DNA from: an uncultured Planctomycetaceae bacterium
GTDB taxonomy: Bacteria > Planctomycetota > Planctomycetia > Planctomycetales > Planctomycetaceae
NCBI GenBank assembly: GCA_963976765.1
Contig: CAXBME010000005.1
Location: 310,001-374,000, forward strand
Direction: 5' to 3'
Length of the DNA stretch: 64,000 nt
Shown here: in pieces, positions 63,324 to 64,000 of the stretch
How the letters are laid out: every line of letters begins with the position of its first letter
How positions within the stretch are numbered: the stretch's first letter is position 1
Notes under the pieces: model-generated
What the model saw: the letters and a program-made list of their open reading frames with translations, nothing else
What the model was told of the DNA's origin: nothing
Database searches by the model: none
Program-made: the position numbers and the translations under genes

Positions 63324-63473
63324 CTAGCGAACCGCTTCGGTCTCGATCCGTTGCAGTGCCTCGTCAGACGGCTCGTCAGATGGATCGAATGGTAAATCGT
63401 CAAAGAGGTCGAACTCGTCGGCGACTTGATCGAGAACGTCGTAGTCGTCTTCGGTGAAGTGGAAGTCGTTCAT
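63324..63473 (-). CDS. 49-aa highly acidic protein
   Basis: GGAG RBS before ATG 63473; MNDFHFTEDDYDVLDQVADEFDLFDDLPFDPSDEPSDEALQRIETEAVR. Confidence 0.55.
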   Translation of the reverse strand: MNDFHFTEDDYDVLDQVADEFDLFDDLPFDPSDEPSDEALQRIETEAVR

Positions 63474-63569
63474 TTCTGTCTCCAGTAATCGAGTGAGTGA
63501 TTGACTGAAGACGTGGCGGGTGTCCGGTAAAATGGCCGCTGGCCACATAAATAGATCACGGAGGATCGA

Positions 63570-64000
63570 ATGTCTGAGTACCGTAGTGACCATCTGACAG
63601 CCGCCACGTTTCGTGGCTATCAGCCCACTGAAGACTTCACTGACCTCATCCATGAGGCAGAGGAAGACCGTATCCATGCGGCGTTGACGAGCGGCAATCT
63701 ACGAGCCGTGTTCAATGGCGCATCGGCAGCATCACAGGCAGATGATCCGTCGTTGTTTCTGGCCTTGCTGCAACGAGCCTTCCAGCAGGCGTGTGACGTT
63801 GAACAATGGGACGTTGTTGATGAGGCCGAGATAGACATCGCCACGGCGCTGGAAATGGTCCAGTTCGAGTGCCTTGAATCGTTGGCTTTGTGCGGTGAAG
63901 AGGCTGTTGCCTTGCTGGCATCAGTGCTGCAAGGAACCAACGATACTTTGATGTTTTCCGTGTTGAATGGGATCAAGGCCAGTGCCGATTCCGTGTTTGT
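63570..64000 (+). CDS. Partial hypothetical protein (acidic, helical) running off the window; absent from the ORF track
   Basis: GGAGG RBS then ATG 63570; frame open to the window end (MSEYRSDHLTAATFRGYQ...LMFSVLNGIKASADSVF). Confidence 0.65.
   Translation, partial: MSEYRSDHLTAATFRGYQPTEDFTDLIHEAEEDRIHAALTSGNLRAVFNGASAASQADDPSLFLALLQRAFQQACDVEQWDVVDEAEIDIATALEMVQFECLESLALCGEEAVALLASVLQGTNDTLMFSVLNGIKASADSVF

Larger units (their letters stand above)
58806..64000. mobile_element. Left end of a genomic island / integrative element at the ssrA 3' end, continuing beyond the window
   Basis: Integrase-like gene about 200 nt after ssrA, repeated arm-like sites, a second recombinase and small MGE-type ORFs. 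Confidence 0.82.

Noticed and set aside
63474..63677. N-terminal 68 aa of the listed 117-aa ORF
   Set aside because: It overlaps the divergent RBS-supported ORF at 63570; the internal ATG 63473 has its own RBS

Overview
64 kb of planctomycete-like chromosome, judged from the DUF1501, DUF1552 and DUF1588-type genes, the Hanks kinases with an ECF sigma factor and the PQQ-propeller proteins. Bases 1-58.4 kb are mostly core or lineage-typical genes: guaB, rsmA, riboflavin synthase, pssA, thyX, an LptD-like protein, coaX, a Clp-N/ThiD2/ThiE fusion, uppP, a partial nuoI-A-C-D cluster, ftsH and arsC. Several families of REP/MITE-like palindromes lie between them. Points the ORF track does not show directly: (i) an 11-kb, 7-gene envelope operon built around a TonB-like protein, one ExbB and two ExbD subunits (one with a Zn-ribbon and acidic tail), joined to a TPR/beta-propeller protein and a TPR/solute-binding protein, behind a near-consensus promoter and a long leader; (ii) a probable 6S RNA after nuoD; (iii) a tmRNA (tag A-ATNRQYSMVA) followed by the left end of an integrative element. 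That element carries an atypical tyrosine integrase (Arg-I and His-II positions are Gly, C-terminal HTH), candidate arm-type sites, a second tyrosine recombinase with an adjacent dif/lox-like site, and small genes including a 49-aa highly acidic protein; (iv) an apparently exported GIY-YIG nuclease with intact catalytic motifs. All calls come from reading motifs by eye; no database searches were run.
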